Below, one piece after another: positions 8,695 through 20,888 of a DNA stretch of 64,000 nucleotides; position 1 is the stretch's first letter; each line of letters opens with the position of its first letter. The notes under the pieces are model-generated. The model was given only the letters and a program-made list of their open reading frames with translations, did no database searches and was not told the DNA's origin. The stretch comes from an uncultured Planctomycetota bacterium (GTDB lineage: Bacteria; Planctomycetota; Planctomycetia; Gemmatales; Gemmataceae): positions 160,001 through 224,000 of the forward strand of contig CAWKHF010000012.1 in assembly GCA_963849325.1 (NCBI GenBank). The letters are read 5' to 3'. Both the position numbers and the translations under genes were made by a program.

Positions 8695-10878
8695 ATGCCC
8701 AGTTTGGAAGATCAGATCCTGGCGGCGGTCTCGCGCCGCAACTATCAGCCGCTCAAACCCAAAGCCCTGGCCCGTAAGATCGGCGTGACCACGCCGCAGT
8801 ACGCCGACTTTCGCCGTGCCCTGCGCGGTCTGCACCGCGATGGCCGCATCGAAATGGGCAAGAACCACACCGTCAAGCCGGCGCCGCCGCACGGCACCGT
8901 TACCGGCACCTATCGCCGCACCAGCAGCGGCGTCGGCTACGTTCGGCCGCACCCGATCGAGGGCCAGTCCGGCGCCGAGGTTCGCATCTCCGAGGGCCAC
9001 GCCCTCGACGCCGCCACCGGCGACAGTGTACTCGTTCGCCTGACGCGCAAACCGAATCGCCCGGACGTCCTCGCCTCCGGTCAGGTGCTCCGCGTCCTCG
9101 AACGGGCCACGCGCCAGTTCGTCGGCACCTATTTCGAGCGCGACGGCCAGGGGTTGGTGCGCGTCGATGGCACGGTTTTCAGCCACAGCATCTACGTCGG
9201 CGATCCGGGGGCCAAGGGAGCGCGGCCCGATGACAAGGTCGTCTTCGAGATGCTGCGTTTTCCGACGCCAGAGGACCGCGGCGAGGGCGTACTCACGGAG
9301 GTTCTCGGTCCACGTGGCCAACCTGGCGTCGATACGCTGTCGATCATCCGCGCCTTCGGTCTGCCCGACGTGTTCCCCGAGGACGCCGTGCAGGAGGCCC
9401 GCGACGCGGCCGCCGCCTTCGACGAGGATGAGTTGGACGGCCGTGAGGACTTCACCGGCGACCTCGTCGTCACCATCGACCCCGTCGACGCCCGCGACTT
9501 CGACGACGCGGTGTCGCTGGTGCGCGACGCGGAGGGCGGCCACTGGCGCTTGACCGTCCACATCGCCGACGTCAACCACTTCGCCCCGCCCGGCGGCGCC
9601 CTCGACCGCGAGGCCCGCCGCCGCGCCACCAGCGTCTATCTGCCGCAGCGCGTGCTGCCGATGTTCCCGGAGATCATCTCCAACAGCCTCGCCAGCTTGC
9701 AGCAGGACCGGCTGCGCTACGTCAAGAGCGTCGTCCTCGACTTCACGCCGGAAGGGCAGAAGACCGGCGTGCGCTTCGCCAACGGCGCGATCCGCGTCCG
9801 TCGCCGCTTCACCTACGAGCAGGTATTCGATCTGCTCGAACCGGCGAGCGGGGGGCGTCAGCCCCCTGTTACGCGACAACAGGGGGCTGACGCCCCCCGC
9901 TCGCCAGGTGAAGAAATCGCGCCGGAGCTTTACGACCTGCTGCTGCGCATGCGCGATCTGGCCCTGGTCCTGCGCAAGCGCCGCCTTCGCCGCGGAGCGC
10001 TGGAATTGAACATGCCGGAGGCGGAGCTGGAATACGACGAGCAGGGCCGCGTAATGGGCGCCCACTTCCGCAAGCACGACATCAGCCACCAGATCATTGA
10101 GGAATTCATGCTGGCGGCCAACGAGGCTGTCGCCGAGCACTTCGCCGAACTCGACGTGCCCTTCTTGCGCCGCGTCCACCCCGACCCCGATCCGAACAAG
10201 CTGTCCGCCTTCGCCGACTTCGCTCGCAGTCTCGGCTACAAGATGCCGACCGACTTCGACCGCTTCGCCTTGCAGCGCATCCTGGAAAAGTCGGCGAAGC
10301 GCCCGAGGTCTACGCCGTCCATTACGCCCTCTTACGATCTCTCAAGCAGGCCGTGTACAGCCCGGAAGAGGACGGTCATTACGCCCTGGCCAGCGACAAC
10401 TACTGCCATTTCACTTCACCCATCCGCCGTTATCCCGATCTGACCGTCCATCGTCTGCTGGACCAGTGGCTGCGCCGCCGGCCGCTGCGGCAGCAACGCG
10501 ACCGAACTGATCGCGCTGGGCGATCATTGCAGCAAGATGGAACGCCGGGCCGAGATGGCCGAGCGCGAACTGGTCAAGCTGAAACTGCTGACGTACCTGA
10601 GCGAACGGCTGGGTCTGGAGCTGGAGGCGATCATCACGGGCGTGGCGGATTACGGCTTCTTCGCCCAGGCCGAGCAGTGGCCCGTCGAGGGGTTGGTCCA
10701 CGTCAGCACACTGACCGACGATTATTACTACTTCGAGGAGTCGGCCCACAGCCTGATCGGCCGCCGCACCAAGCGACGCTTCCGCCTGGGCGACAAGGTC
10801 CACGTCAGCGTGGTGCGTGTCGATGTGCCGCGGCGGCAGATGGATTTCCGCGTCGTCCAGCCGAGGGAAAAAGGCTGA
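8695..10878 (+). CDS. rnr: Ribonuclease R (frameshifts near 10300 and 10490)
   Basis: N-terminal HTH/CSD region, [57 protein letters not shown]-terminal S1 domain. Confidence 0.93.
9843..9905. repeat. Family A palindrome in-frame inside rnr
   Basis: GGCGAGCGGGGGGCGTCAGCCCCCTGTT...AACAGGGGGCTGACGCCCCCCGCTCGCC. Confidence 0.92.
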
Positions 10879-10964
10879 TAAATGCGCCAAATGCTCCTTG
10901 CACGGGAGAAGACACCACCGTAATATGAAGTTTCCGTTAAGATTCCGTGTGCGATGGAGTATCG

Positions 10965-13900
10965 ATGAACCCGCTGGTATTCGCGCTCAAGCGTCCGATC
11001 ACCGTCATGGCCGCGATCGGCGCCATCCTCGTCGCCAGCGGCCTGGCGCTGACGCGGATGAAGATCGACATCTTCCCTAACCTCAACCTGCCGGTCATTT
11101 ACGTCGTGCAGCCCTACGGCGGCATGTCGCCCGAGCAAATGGAGGGACTGCTCACCTTCCCCTTCGAGAACCACTTTCTGTACATCAGCGGCATCCATCA
11201 CATCGAATCGCGCAACATCCAGGGCTTTGCGCAGACTGCGGCTGTACTTCCATCCCGGCACCGACATGATGCAGGCGATCGCCGAGACGGTGGCGCAGGT
11301 GAACCGCTCGCGCGCCTTCCAGCCGCCGGGCACGGTGCCACCCTTCGTGATCCGCTACGACGCCGGCAGCGCTCCGGTCGGCTATCTCGTGTTGGAGAGC
11401 AAGACGCGCAGCATCGGCGAGATCCAGGATGCCGCCTACATTCGCGTTCGGCCGATGGCGGTCAGTCTGCCGGGCGTGTCGGCGCCGCCGCCGTTCGGCG
11501 GCAATCAACGCACCATCGTCATCCACCTGGATCCCGCCCGGCTGCGCTCGTATCACCTGTCGCCCGACGAGGTCATCGCGGCCCTCAACACCGGCAATAC
11601 CGTCACACCGGCCGGCAACGCCCGCATCCTGGACCAGATGCCCATCGTGCCGTCCAACGCCATGGTCCGCGATCCGCAGGAACTGAACGACATCCCCATT
11701 CGTCCGGGCGTGACGCTGCACCTGCGCGATGTCGGCTGGGTCGAGGACAGCACCGACATCCCGACCAGCTTCGCCCTGGTCAACGGCCGCCGAGCCGTGT
11801 ACATGCTGATAACCAAACGCGCCGAAGCCTCCACGTTGTCGGTGGTCAACGCCGTCAAGGCCAAGTTGCCGGAGATGCAAGCGGCGCTGCCGGAGGACAT
11901 CGCCCTGCGTTGGGAGTTCGATCAATCGCCCTACGTGACGCGCGCCATGCTCGGCGTGCTCAGCGAGGGCTTGCTCGGCGCCGTGCTGACCGGCCTGATG
12001 GTGCTGGTTTTTTTGCGCGATTGGCGCTCGGTCGTGGTCGTGGTGCTCAACATCCCCTTCGCGCTGTTGGGCGCGGTGGTGGCCCTGTGGGCGACCGGAC
12101 AGACCATCAACATCATGACGCTCGGCGGCCTGGCGTTGGCGGTCGGCATCCTCGTCGATGAGTCCACCGTCGAAGTCGAGAACATCCATGCCCAGATGGA
12201 GCGGACGCCGTCGGTGGCCCTGGCGGTCTGTCGCGGCAACGCCGAGACGGCGGTGCCGCGCTTGCTGGCCATGCTGTGCATCCTGGCCGTGTTCATTCCG
12301 GCGTTCTTCATGCAGGGAGCGGCCGGCGCTCTGTTCGTGCCGTTGTCGTTGGCCGTCGGCTTCTCCATGATTACCAGCTATCTGTTGTCGAGCACGTTCG
12401 TCCCCGTGCTGTCGGTGTGGCTGCTGCGCCGTCACGGACATGCCGATGCTTCGTTGCACCGCCACGAGCCGCCGAGCGCGGAACAGGCTTCGATGCTCGT
12501 CGCGGCGAAACGAGCAACGGTTTTCTCCAGAACCTACTCCCGCCTGCTGCAAATGATCCTGCGCAGGCGGCTTCTGGGATTGTCCGCCTATGCGTTGCTC
12601 TCGCTGCTGGTGATCGGCCTCGTCGGTGCCGGTCTGGGACAGGAGATCTTTCCCAACGTCGATTCTGGTCAGTTTCAGCTGCGCGTCCGCGCTCCGACCG
12701 GCACGCGCATCGAGCAAACGGAGGAAGTCGCTCTGCAAACCCTGGAGATCATCAAGAGCGTGGCCGGGCCGGACAACGTCGATATCTCCGTCGGCTTCGG
12801 CGGCGTCTCGCCCTCCAGCTACACCATCAACACGGTGTACCTGTGGACGGGCGGGCCGGAGGAAGTCTTGATGCGCGTGGCCCTCAAGCACGGCAGCGGC
12901 CTGCGCATCGAGGACCTCAAACATCAATTGCGCGAGACGCTGCCGCAGCGCCTGGGTGTCTGGTTGAGGCAGCGGCTGCGCGCGCTCGGCGTCGAGGAGG
13001 ACCGCATCGCGGCGCGCCTCGAGGATTTGCGTTTCTCCTTCGAGCCGGCCGACATCGTCAACGAGGTCATGAGTTTCGGCTCGCCGACGCCGGTGGCGGT
13101 GAGCATCGATGGTCCGGACATCAGCGTCAGCCGTCCCTACGCCGAGAAGGTCCGCGAGCAGTTGGCGAAAATCGAATCCTTACGCGATTTGCAATACATG
13201 CAGTCGCTCAATTATCCTTCCGTGGAGGTAGCCGTCGATCGCCAGCGCCGGCCAGAGCAAGGTGACGACCGACGACGTGGCGCGGGCCATGCTGGCGTAC
13301 ACGTCGTCGAGTCGCTTCGTCATGCCCAATTTCTGGGTCGATCCCAAGAGCGGCACCGGCTATCAAGTGCAGGTGGAGGTGCCGCCGGTGCGGTTGGATT
13401 CGGCCAAGGAGGTGGAGCTGATCGCGGTCAAGCAGACCAAGGGCGGACACATCTCGCTGCGTGACGTGGCCCGCGTGCGCGAGGGCGTGGCGCCGGGGCA
13501 GATCGATCGCTACAACATGCGGCGAACGGTGACGCTGACGGCCAACATCGAAGGCGAAGACCTGGGCCGCGTGTCGCGTCGGATTGAGGCGGCGCTGAAG
13601 GCGGCGGGCGAGCCGCCGCGCGGCGTGCGTGTCAGCGTGCGCGGCCAGATCGTGCCCATGCAGCAGATGTTCGCCGGCTTGACGCAAGGGCTGGTCCTGG
13701 CGGTGGTGGCGATCCTCCTGTTGCTGACCGCCTATTTCCAGTCGTTTCGCCTGGCCCTGGTCGTTATCAGCACGGTGCCGGCGGTCCTGGCCGGCGTGGT
13801 TCTGATGTTGTTCGTCACGCGGACGACGGTGAACATTCAATCGTTCATGGGCGCGATCATGAGCATCGGCGTGGCGGTGGCCAACGCCATCCTGTTGTTG

Positions 13901-14263
13901 ACGTTCGCGGAGCGCAGCCGTCGCGGCGGAGCGTCGCCGACCGAGGCGGCGTTGGCCGGGGCGCGCGGTCGTTTGCGGCCGATCCTGATGACCAGCCTGG
14001 CCATGATCTCCGGCATGGTGCCGATGGCCCTGGCCCTGGGCGAAGGCGGCGAACAGACGGCGCCGCTGGGCCGCGCCGTCATCGGCGGACTGCTGGCGGC
14101 GACGCCGGCGACGCTGCTGATTCTGCCGGCCGTCTTCGCCGCCTCGGACTGGCTACGCCTCGGCAAACGCTCGGTCTCGCTCCATCCCCGCGACCCCGAA
14201 AGTCCGCACTTCGTCGCCGAAGAACGTCCCACCCTCGAATCCGTCTCCGGAGGTACGGCATGA
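10965..14263 (+). CDS. RND efflux permease subunit (AcrB/CzcA family), frameshifts near 11235 and 13250
   Basis: [46 protein letters not shown]. Confidence 0.92.
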
Positions 14264-15633
14264 ACCGCGTTCGTGGCAAGACCTTCCTTCCCCGCATCGT
14301 GGCGGCCCTATCCGCTGCCCTCCTGTTGGCGACGGCTTTGGGCTGCGGCCAACGTTCGTCAGCGACACCACAGCCGCCGACGAGGTCGAACGTCTCGGAG
14401 GCGTTGCGCGTCACCCGGCCCGAGCGGCAGATGGTGCGGCGGACCATCGAGGAACCCGGTCAGGTTGAGGCTTTCGAGCACACGCCGGTTTACTCCAAAA
14501 TCGCCGGCTATGTGTCGGAGGTGTGCGTGGACATGGATGCGCGCGTACACAAGGGCGACGTGCTGGCCCGGCTGTGGGTGCCGGAGTTGGTCGATGCGGT
14601 CAGCGAGAAAGAAGCGTTGGTAGCCAAGGCGAAAGCCGGACTGGAGCAGGCGCGGACGGCCGAGAAGGTGGCCAAGGCGCACTCTCACACCGCCGAGTCG
14701 CTGGTGGCCAAGGCCATCTCCGAACGCAAAAAGGCCCTGGCCGACCACGAGCGCTGGCTGTCGGAGTACGAGCGCATCAAGGAATTGGTGAGCCAGCAAT
14801 CGGTCGATCGGCGCCTGCACGACGAGGCGCGCAACCAGTTCAAGGCGGCGGAGGCGGCCTGCGAGGAGATCGAGGCCAAGATCGAGGCGGCACGGGCGGC
14901 GAGCGAGGAGAGCGTGGCCCAGCACCACAAGGCCGAGGCCGACGTCGAAGCGGCGCAGGCGCATCTGCGCCTGGCCGAGACCGAGACGCGGCAGGCCAAG
15001 ACGATGCTGGGTTACGCCGACATCAAGGCGCCCTACACCGGCGTCATCACGCGGCGCAACGTCCACACCGGCCATCTCCGGCGCTCGGTCTCGGCCGGAT
15101 CGGGCGAGCCGCTCTTCTTGATGGTGCGCCGCGAGGTGGTGCGCATCTTCGTGGACGTGCCCGAGCCGGAAGCGCCGTTCGTGCGCCAGGGCACGCCGGT
15201 GCGTCTGCGCATTCAGGCGCTCAACGACCGTGAGTTCGAGGCGACCGTGACGCGCACCTCGTGGGCGCTGGACCCGGCCAGCCGGACACTGCGAACCGAG
15301 ATCGAGGTTCGCAATCCCAAGGACGAGTTGCGTCCCGGCATGTACGCTTACGCCATCATGACCGCCGAGCACGCCGACGCGTACACGCTGCCGGCCGAGG
15401 CGCTGCTGCGCCAGGATGACACGCGCTATTGCTGGCAGTTCCTCGACGGCAAGGCGGTGCGGACGCTGGTGCGGCCCGGTCCGCGCCTGGGGACGCGGAT
15501 CGAAGTGCTGAAAAAACGGTTGCCCGGCCCAGACGGTCGCTGGCAGGACTTCACCGGCGACGAGACGATCCTGCTCGGCGACGTCGCTGCGCTGGCCGAC
15601 GGACAAGAGGTGAGCCTGGCGGCGGCGAACTAA
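14260..15633 (+). CDS. RND periplasmic adaptor (HlyD/MFP), probable lipoprotein
   Basis: LGC lipobox-like motif, [10 protein letters not shown], coiled hairpin, [24 protein letters not shown] overlap with the permease. Confidence 0.92.
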   Translation: MNRVRGKTFLPRIVAALSAALLLATALGCGQRSSATPQPPTRSNVSEALRVTRPERQMVRRTIEEPGQVEAFEHTPVYSKIAGYVSEVCVDMDARVHKGDVLARLWVPELVDAVSEKEALVAKAKAGLEQARTAEKVAKAHSHTAESLVAKAISERKKALADHERWLSEYERIKELVSQQSVDRRLHDEARNQFKAAEAACEEIEAKIEAARAASEESVAQHHKAEADVEAAQAHLRLAETETRQAKTMLGYADIKAPYTGVITRRNVHTGHLRRSVSAGSGEPLFLMVRREVVRIFVDVPEPEAPFVRQGTPVRLRIQALNDREFEATVTRTSWALDPASRTLRTEIEVRNPKDELRPGMYAYAIMTAEHADAYTLPAEALLRQDDTRYCWQFLDGKAVRTLVRPGPRLGTRIEVLKKRLPGPDGRWQDFTGDETILLGDVAALADGQEVSLAAAN

Positions 15634-16403
15634 ACATCGCGGCGCGAGAAGTACGCCAATCCGACCAGCGCCGTCACGCAGCAGGCGATGAGCGACCAGC
15701 CGACGAACTGTGCCAGGCTGTTGAGGTCGTAGTGTCCTTGCAGGATGTGCGGCAGGCGCTGCAAGGCGCGATCCGGCGACGGATAGCGCGGCGGCAGAAG
15801 TGACAGCAGAAAGCCGCCGCCGCAGAGGATGACCCACAGCACGGCGATGCCGAGCACGGTGCTGTTGGCGATGGCGCTGACCGTCACGCCGCAGGTGATG
15901 ACCGCCGCCAGCAGCGCTGCCACCGTTATCAGCGCCACCAGGCTGCCGTCCCACGACAGATCTTCGTGCAGCAAGAACAGCGCGCTAACCAGCGTCACGA
16001 TGCCCAGCCCCAGGAAGGTGCCGAGCACGGTGACGAGGCGAGCGTGCCATTTCCCCATGAAGTACTGATAACGGCTGATGCCGCGACTGAGTACGGAGTC
16101 GGCCATGGTGCCGCGCTCCGACGAGATGCTGCCGGCCGTCATCACGCAGATGATGGCGGCGCTGCCCAGCACAATCCAGCGCAACAGGTGGCTGATGTGC
16201 AGCGACGCCGACTGCATGATGCCGACTTCGTGATAGATGCCGAAGCGGTACAGCAGATAGCCGACCGTAGCCAGGACCGACAGCAGCACCCAGAAGCGAT
16301 AGACCCAGCTGCGCAGCGTCTGCCGCACGTCGGCCTGGAAGACGGCCCAGTAGGGCAGCCAGCGGTTGAAGGTAATCGGCTTTTTCTCGGCGACAGCATC
16401 CAT
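15630..16403 (-). CDS. ABC-2 type transporter permease
   Basis: About six hydrophobic segments, ISSERGT...LSRGISR...GK motif, C-terminal FSRRDV. Confidence 0.85.
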   Translation of the reverse strand: MDAVAEKKPITFNRWLPYWAVFQADVRQTLRSWVYRFWVLLSVLATVGYLLYRFGIYHEVGIMQSASLHISHLLRWIVLGSAAIICVMTAGSISSERGTMADSVLSRGISRYQYFMGKWHARLVTVLGTFLGLGIVTLVSALFLLHEDLSWDGSLVALITVAALLAAVITCGVTVSAIANSTVLGIAVLWVILCGGGFLLSLLPPRYPSPDRALQRLPHILQGHYDLNSLAQFVGWSLIACCVTALVGLAYFSRRDV

Positions 16404-16418
16404 GATCGGTCCCCAAAG

Positions 16419-16527
16419 TTCACCACGAATCACACGAATAAAGAAGAAAAAAGAGAATTAAAGAAGCGCGGCTGGGCCATTCTTGTCTTTGGTTTTTATT
16501 CGTGTTATTCGTGTGATTCGTGGTGAA
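16419..16527. repeat. Long intergenic inverted repeat (TTCACCACGAATCACACGAATA arms)
   Basis: 22-bp perfect outer arms built from CACGAAT units. Confidence 0.85.
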
Positions 16528-16538
16528 ATATTTATTTG

Positions 16539-17540
16539 TTATGCCGCTTCGTTCTGATAAATGCGGGCGAAGCCGCGCGATTCTTCCTTCTCGACGAGAT
16601 CGAGAAAGGCTTGCTCGGTCTGCTGGCCAACGCTGCGGATCGACACCAGCGTGACCTTGTTATCGTTGAGCGTCATGAACACGTTGGCCAGCGCCGCGGT
16701 GTTGACGGCCTCGTCTTGCAGATACAGTTCCAGGCGGCGCTGACGGATGTTGACCAGCTTGAACTCCGGCAGAGCGCGGATGGCCTGCGTCGCCTTGGCG
16801 ATCGCCTTCTGATCGCCTTCGAGGTCCATCTCGAAGTGATTGCGGCGCATGCGGCCCTTGAGGTCTTGCAGCGAGCCGCAGTAGATGAGCTGACCGTGAC
16901 TGAGCACGGCCGCGTGATTGCACACCTCGTCGATGTCGCCGAGATTGTGGCTGGAGACGATCAGCGTTTTCTCGCGGCTGAGGGTCTTGATGAGTTCCAA
17001 CATGCTTCGCCGCGCCTCGGGATCCAGTCCGTGCGTCGGCTCGTCCCAGATGAGCAGTTCCGGCTCGTTGATGAGGCTGGTGGCGACGGCCAACCGCGCC
17101 GTCATGCCGTTGGAGAAGCCGGCAATGGGATCGCCGGAGACGCGCAGCAGATCGACGGCGCGAATGAGCGAGGCCAGGCGCGGTTTGCGTACGTCTTTGG
17201 GCAGGCCGAACAAGCGAGCCATGTAGTCGAGATAGGTAATCGGCGTCATGCCGCGCGGAAACTGCGGATTGGTGGGAATGTAGCCGATACGGCGGCGCAG
17301 CTCGGCGGCGTTGGGCGACATGAATTTGCCGAAGACCTTGGCCCAGCCGGCGGTCGGCCGATGCAGGCCGATGATGAGACGCAGCAGGGTCGTCTTGCCG
17401 GCGCCGTTGGAGCCGAGTAGCCCCAGCACACAGCCCGGCTCCAACCGCAGCGTCACGTCATTGAGGGCGATCTGGCGGTTCTGGTAAATCTTGGTGAGCT
17501 TGAAGGTTTCGACCACCACATCGCTGGAGTTCTCGGCCAC
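16539..17540 (-). CDS. ABC transporter ATP-binding protein
   Basis: Walker A GSNGAGKT, signature FSNGM, Walker B IWDEPT, H-loop SSHN; GTG start with GGAGG. Confidence 0.93.
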   Translation of the reverse strand: MAENSSDVVVETFKLTKIYQNRQIALNDVTLRLEPGCVLGLLGSNGAGKTTLLRLIIGLHRPTAGWAKVFGKFMSPNAAELRRRIGYIPTNPQFPRGMTPITYLDYMARLFGLPKDVRKPRLASLIRAVDLLRVSGDPIAGFSNGMTARLAVATSLINEPELLIWDEPTHGLDPEARRSMLELIKTLSREKTLIVSSHNLGDIDEVCNHAAVLSHGQLIYCGSLQDLKGRMRRNHFEMDLEGDQKAIAKATQAIRALPEFKLVNIRQRRLELYLQDEAVNTAALANVFMTLNDNKVTLVSIRSVGQQTEQAFLDLVEKEESRGFARIYQNEAA

Positions 17541-17613
17541 GCCATTCCCTCCGTCGATCCGCACGACACGCGGCCCAAGTATACGCGCAGGCCGCAGCGT
17601 GTGAATAGATCAA

Positions 17614-17679
17614 CTGGCGAGCGGGGGGCGTAAGCCCCCTGTTGGTTCCTACAGGGGGCTTACGCCCCCCGCTCGCCAG
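17614..17679. repeat. Family A palindrome overlapping the aminotransferase stop codon
   Basis: CTGGCGAGCGGGGGGCGTAAGCCCCCTGT...ACAGGGGGCTTACGCCCCCCGCTCGCCAG. Confidence 0.92.
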
Positions 17680-18838
17680 GGTTTCCACCGCGCAACCGTT
17701 CGGCGTGTACCTGAATCTTCGCGGCGGCAAGGGCGACCTGCTCCACGTCGGCGTCGCTGCCGAGCAAGACGGGATGGTGCAGCACGACGGACCCTTGATG
17801 GGCCTGTTCCGCATTCGGTAGCGAGCCGGCCCCGCGCCAGCGGCTGGGGGAACGTCCCACGTGCAGGGCGCGAAATCCTTCATCGAGGGCGATCCCCTCG
17901 GCCCGCATCGCCGCCACGAAGCGGCGCGGTCCAGGCCAAAACCGTCCGCATCGAACTGGAACCCCAGCTTGTAATACGACGCTTCACTGTCTTCGAGGTC
18001 GGGATTGTGCAACGGCCGAAAACCGCGAACGGATCGCAAGCGCGGGCACAGGGAGCGCACACGGCGCAGGCGGTGGGCGTTGCGCTCGGCGAGGCGGTCG
18101 AGTTGGGGCAGCAGCACGGCGGCCTGGAGTTCGGACAGGGGACAGACGTGATTGCCGCGCTGGAGCCACAGACGAGCGCGCTGGGCCAAGTCCGCCCGAT
18201 GGGTCAAGAGGACGCCGCCGCGACCGGCGGTCAGCAGCTTGGAGCCGCCGAAGCTGAGTACGCCCACGTCGCCCCAGGTGCCGGCCGGACGTCCCTGCAC
18301 CCGCGCGCCAGGCGCCTGGGCCACGTCCTCAATAATGGAGACGTCGTGCTCCCTGGCCAACTCCACGACTCGGCGCATCGGGACCAGGCCGCCGTGCAGG
18401 TGCGAGACGATGGCGGCGCGGGTGGCGGAACCAAAGGCGGCGCTCAACCGTTCGGGATCGAGGTTCCAGTTGTCGGCATCGACATCAACCAGCACCGGAC
18501 GGGCGCCGACAGCGTGGACGCTGAGGAAATTGCCGCCGTAGTCGTAGGCGGCCATCACCACCTCATCGCCGGCGCCGACCTTCAACTGCGCGCAGCGCCA
18601 GCTCGACCGCGAACGTGCCGCTGCCGCAGGTCAGGGCGTGAGCGACGCCGTACTCGGCCGATAGACGCGCCTCCAGCCGCTCGACGTGTCCGCCATGATA
18701 GCGGCCCCAGGAACCGTCCCGATACGCCGACAGCATCGCCTCCCGAACGGCGTCGTCGGCAATCGGCCAGTCCGGCGGACCTTGTGGCCGGATCGGTTCG
18801 CCGCCCAAGAGCGCTGGCAAGTCGGTGTCTGTGGTCAT
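17660..18838 (-). CDS. DegT/DnrJ/EryC1/StrS PLP-dependent aminotransferase (frameshifts near 18585 and 17928)
   Basis: LPALLGGEP, GSGTFA, IIEDVAQAPGA, SFGGSKLLTAGRGG, LSELQAAVL. Confidence 0.88.
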
Positions 18839-19623
18839 GACGCCGTTCCCGGCGGAGGGATCGAAGGGAGAAATTGCCGCGACCAGTCGGCGTCGTCGGG
18901 AGGGAGCGGCGGTTGGGGCGAGCCGGTGTAGATGTAATCCTCATAACCGGCGGCATCGTAGAGACGGTTCAGCGCCTGTTGCAAATCGATTTGGGCGTCC
19001 GCGTCCGGCGCACGCAGGGGGATGGGGATGACGGGCAGACGCTCGCGGAGACGCAACGGCCAGATGCCGACTCCCGGCCGTTCCTCGGCGCGGCTGACGA
19101 GAACGCAATAATCGCAGTCGGGCAGTTCTTCCAGAGGCAAGCGCGGGCCGCCGCGCAGCAAATCGATTTCCACGATATGTACGGAGCTGGCGGACAATTG
19201 CCGGCGCTTGGCGAGGTATTGGGCCCGATCGGGTCCGAGTCGTTTGTTCGAGGGGCTGAGCACTTCAAGGACCGTGACCAGATGGCGATTATGGCGATCT
19301 CGAATTTCGAGATAAGAATGGCGCTCGACGTCCACGGGGGGAGACCATCGGCCATACATCGGGGCTTCGAGTGTTGCTCCCGCGGTTGGGAGCCTTGCGC
19401 CCGACGGCGAACGAGTCAAGGAGACGTTGGCCCGTCCGAGAGGACGCCGCTCGTCTTCGGGAAGTTCGTGAATGACGAGATATTCTTCCACATGAGCCAG
19501 GTAAGCGGGCCGTACCTGTGTCGCCAGCATGTCGCGCAGGAGCGGAAGGAGGCTCTGGTGAAAGTCTACCCAAACGTCTTCCTGTTCCAGGTAGGGATTC
19601 ATTCCTGGAAATGGCGAAGGCAT
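18835..19623 (-). CDS. DUF4058 family protein (restriction-endonuclease-like fold)
   Basis: MPSPFPGMNPYLE, LEVLSPSNK, VEIDLLRGG, LPVIPIPLRAPD. Confidence 0.92.
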   Translation of the reverse strand: MPSPFPGMNPYLEQEDVWVDFHQSLLPLLRDMLATQVRPAYLAHVEEYLVIHELPEDERRPLGRANVSLTRSPSGARLPTAGATLEAPMYGRWSPPVDVERHSYLEIRDRHNRHLVTVLEVLSPSNKRLGPDRAQYLAKRRQLSASSVHIVEIDLLRGGPRLPLEELPDCDYCVLVSRAEERPGVGIWPLRLRERLPVIPIPLRAPDADAQIDLQQALNRLYDAAGYEDYIYTGSPQPPLPPDDADWSRQFLPSIPPPGTAS

Positions 19624-19696
19624 ATTTTTCTCCCCGAAGGGACAACCGCGCTCCGTTTATTCTATCGCCCCATCCCGCCGGCAACAGGACGGATGC

Positions 19697-20863
19697 TTAC
19701 AACAAGCGTTCGATGACGGCGTCCGCCACATACTTGCCCGGCCGCGTCAAGCGAACGCCGCCGCCATCCTCGGCGAGAAACCCCTGTTCGACGAGGTGCC
19801 TCAACGCCGGCCCGGCGAGGGCGTCGAGATCGAACCCCGTCTGGGCACGAAAGGCGATTCGGTCGATGCCCTCGGCGCGGCGCAGCTGCACGGCCATCGT
19901 CTCGCGGGCGCGTTCCTCCGGTCCCAGTTCCTCGGACTGCCAGGTGACCGATTCGCCGGACAGGGCGCGGCGAAGATAGCGGTGCAGGTCGCGGGTGTTC
20001 AGTTCGCGGCGACCGTGGACGTAGCGCGCGGCGCCCATGCCGAAGCCGAAGTACGCTTCGTTGGCCCAGTAAACCTCGTTGTGTCGGCAGCGCCGGCCGG
20101 GCCGAGCGAAACTGGAGATTTCATAGTGCTCTAGTCCCGCTGCCTCCAGCGTATCGATGGCCAACACGTACAGCGCCAACTCTGTGTCCTCGTCCAGCGC
20201 GCGCACCAGCCCGCGCCGGCGTCGCTTCCACAGCGGCGTTCCCTTCTCGTAGGTCAGCCCGTAGGTCGAAAGATGGTCCGGTCCCAGGGACAGGGCGCGT
20301 TCCAGATCGGCGCGCCACCCACACTCCGTCTGTCCCGGCACGCCGAAGATGAGGTCGAGTGAGACGTTGTCAATCCGCCGCCGCACCCGCGCGACGGCGC
20401 GGGCGATCTCGCCGGGGTCGTGCGCCCGTTCCAGCGTACGCAACATCTCGGCATCGAACGATTGGGCCCCGAGACTGACGCGCGTGACGCCGTGGTCGGC
20501 CAGCACGTCGATCTTGTCGGCGGTGAGCGTGTCGGGGTTGCACTCGACGGAGAACTCCGTCTCGGCGCCCGCATCGAGGAGCAGCCAGCGCCGGAGGATC
20601 GAGAGCAGGCGTTGGAGTTGGGCGGCGCTGAGGTGCGTGGGCGTGCCGCCGCCGAGGAACAGCGTTCGCACCGGCTGTGGCGTGCCGAGCGCGGCCATCT
20701 CCGCGGCGAGGGCGTCGAGGTACAGCTCGATCTGGTCGTCCTGGCCAGTGGCGATGGCGAAGTCGCAGTAGCCGCAGTGGTGGGCACAGAAGGGAACGTG
20801 GACGTAGGCGGCCCTCGGCCCCAACCAGGCGGGAAGCGCGGCCGCGTTGTCGAGGGGTTGCAC
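19697..20863 (-). CDS. hemW: Radical SAM heme chaperone HemW (HemN-like)
   Basis: YVHVPFCAHHCGYCDF (CX3CX2C), GGGTPT, RVSLGAQSF, HYEISSF, HNEVYW, GFGMGA. Confidence 0.9.
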   Translation of the reverse strand: MQPLDNAAALPAWLGPRAAYVHVPFCAHHCGYCDFAIATGQDDQIELYLDALAAEMAALGTPQPVRTLFLGGGTPTHLSAAQLQRLLSILRRWLLLDAGAETEFSVECNPDTLTADKIDVLADHGVTRVSLGAQSFDAEMLRTLERAHDPGEIARAVARVRRRIDNVSLDLIFGVPGQTECGWRADLERALSLGPDHLSTYGLTYEKGTPLWKRRRRGLVRALDEDTELALYVLAIDTLEAAGLEHYEISSFARPGRRCRHNEVYWANEAYFGFGMGAARYVHGRRELNTRDLHRYLRRALSGESVTWQSEELGPEERARETMAVQLRRAEGIDRIAFRAQTGFDLDALAGPALRHLVEQGFLAEDGGGVRLTRPGKYVADAVIERLL

Positions 20864-20888
20864 GCACTTGTCCTTCGGCGACGGCTGA

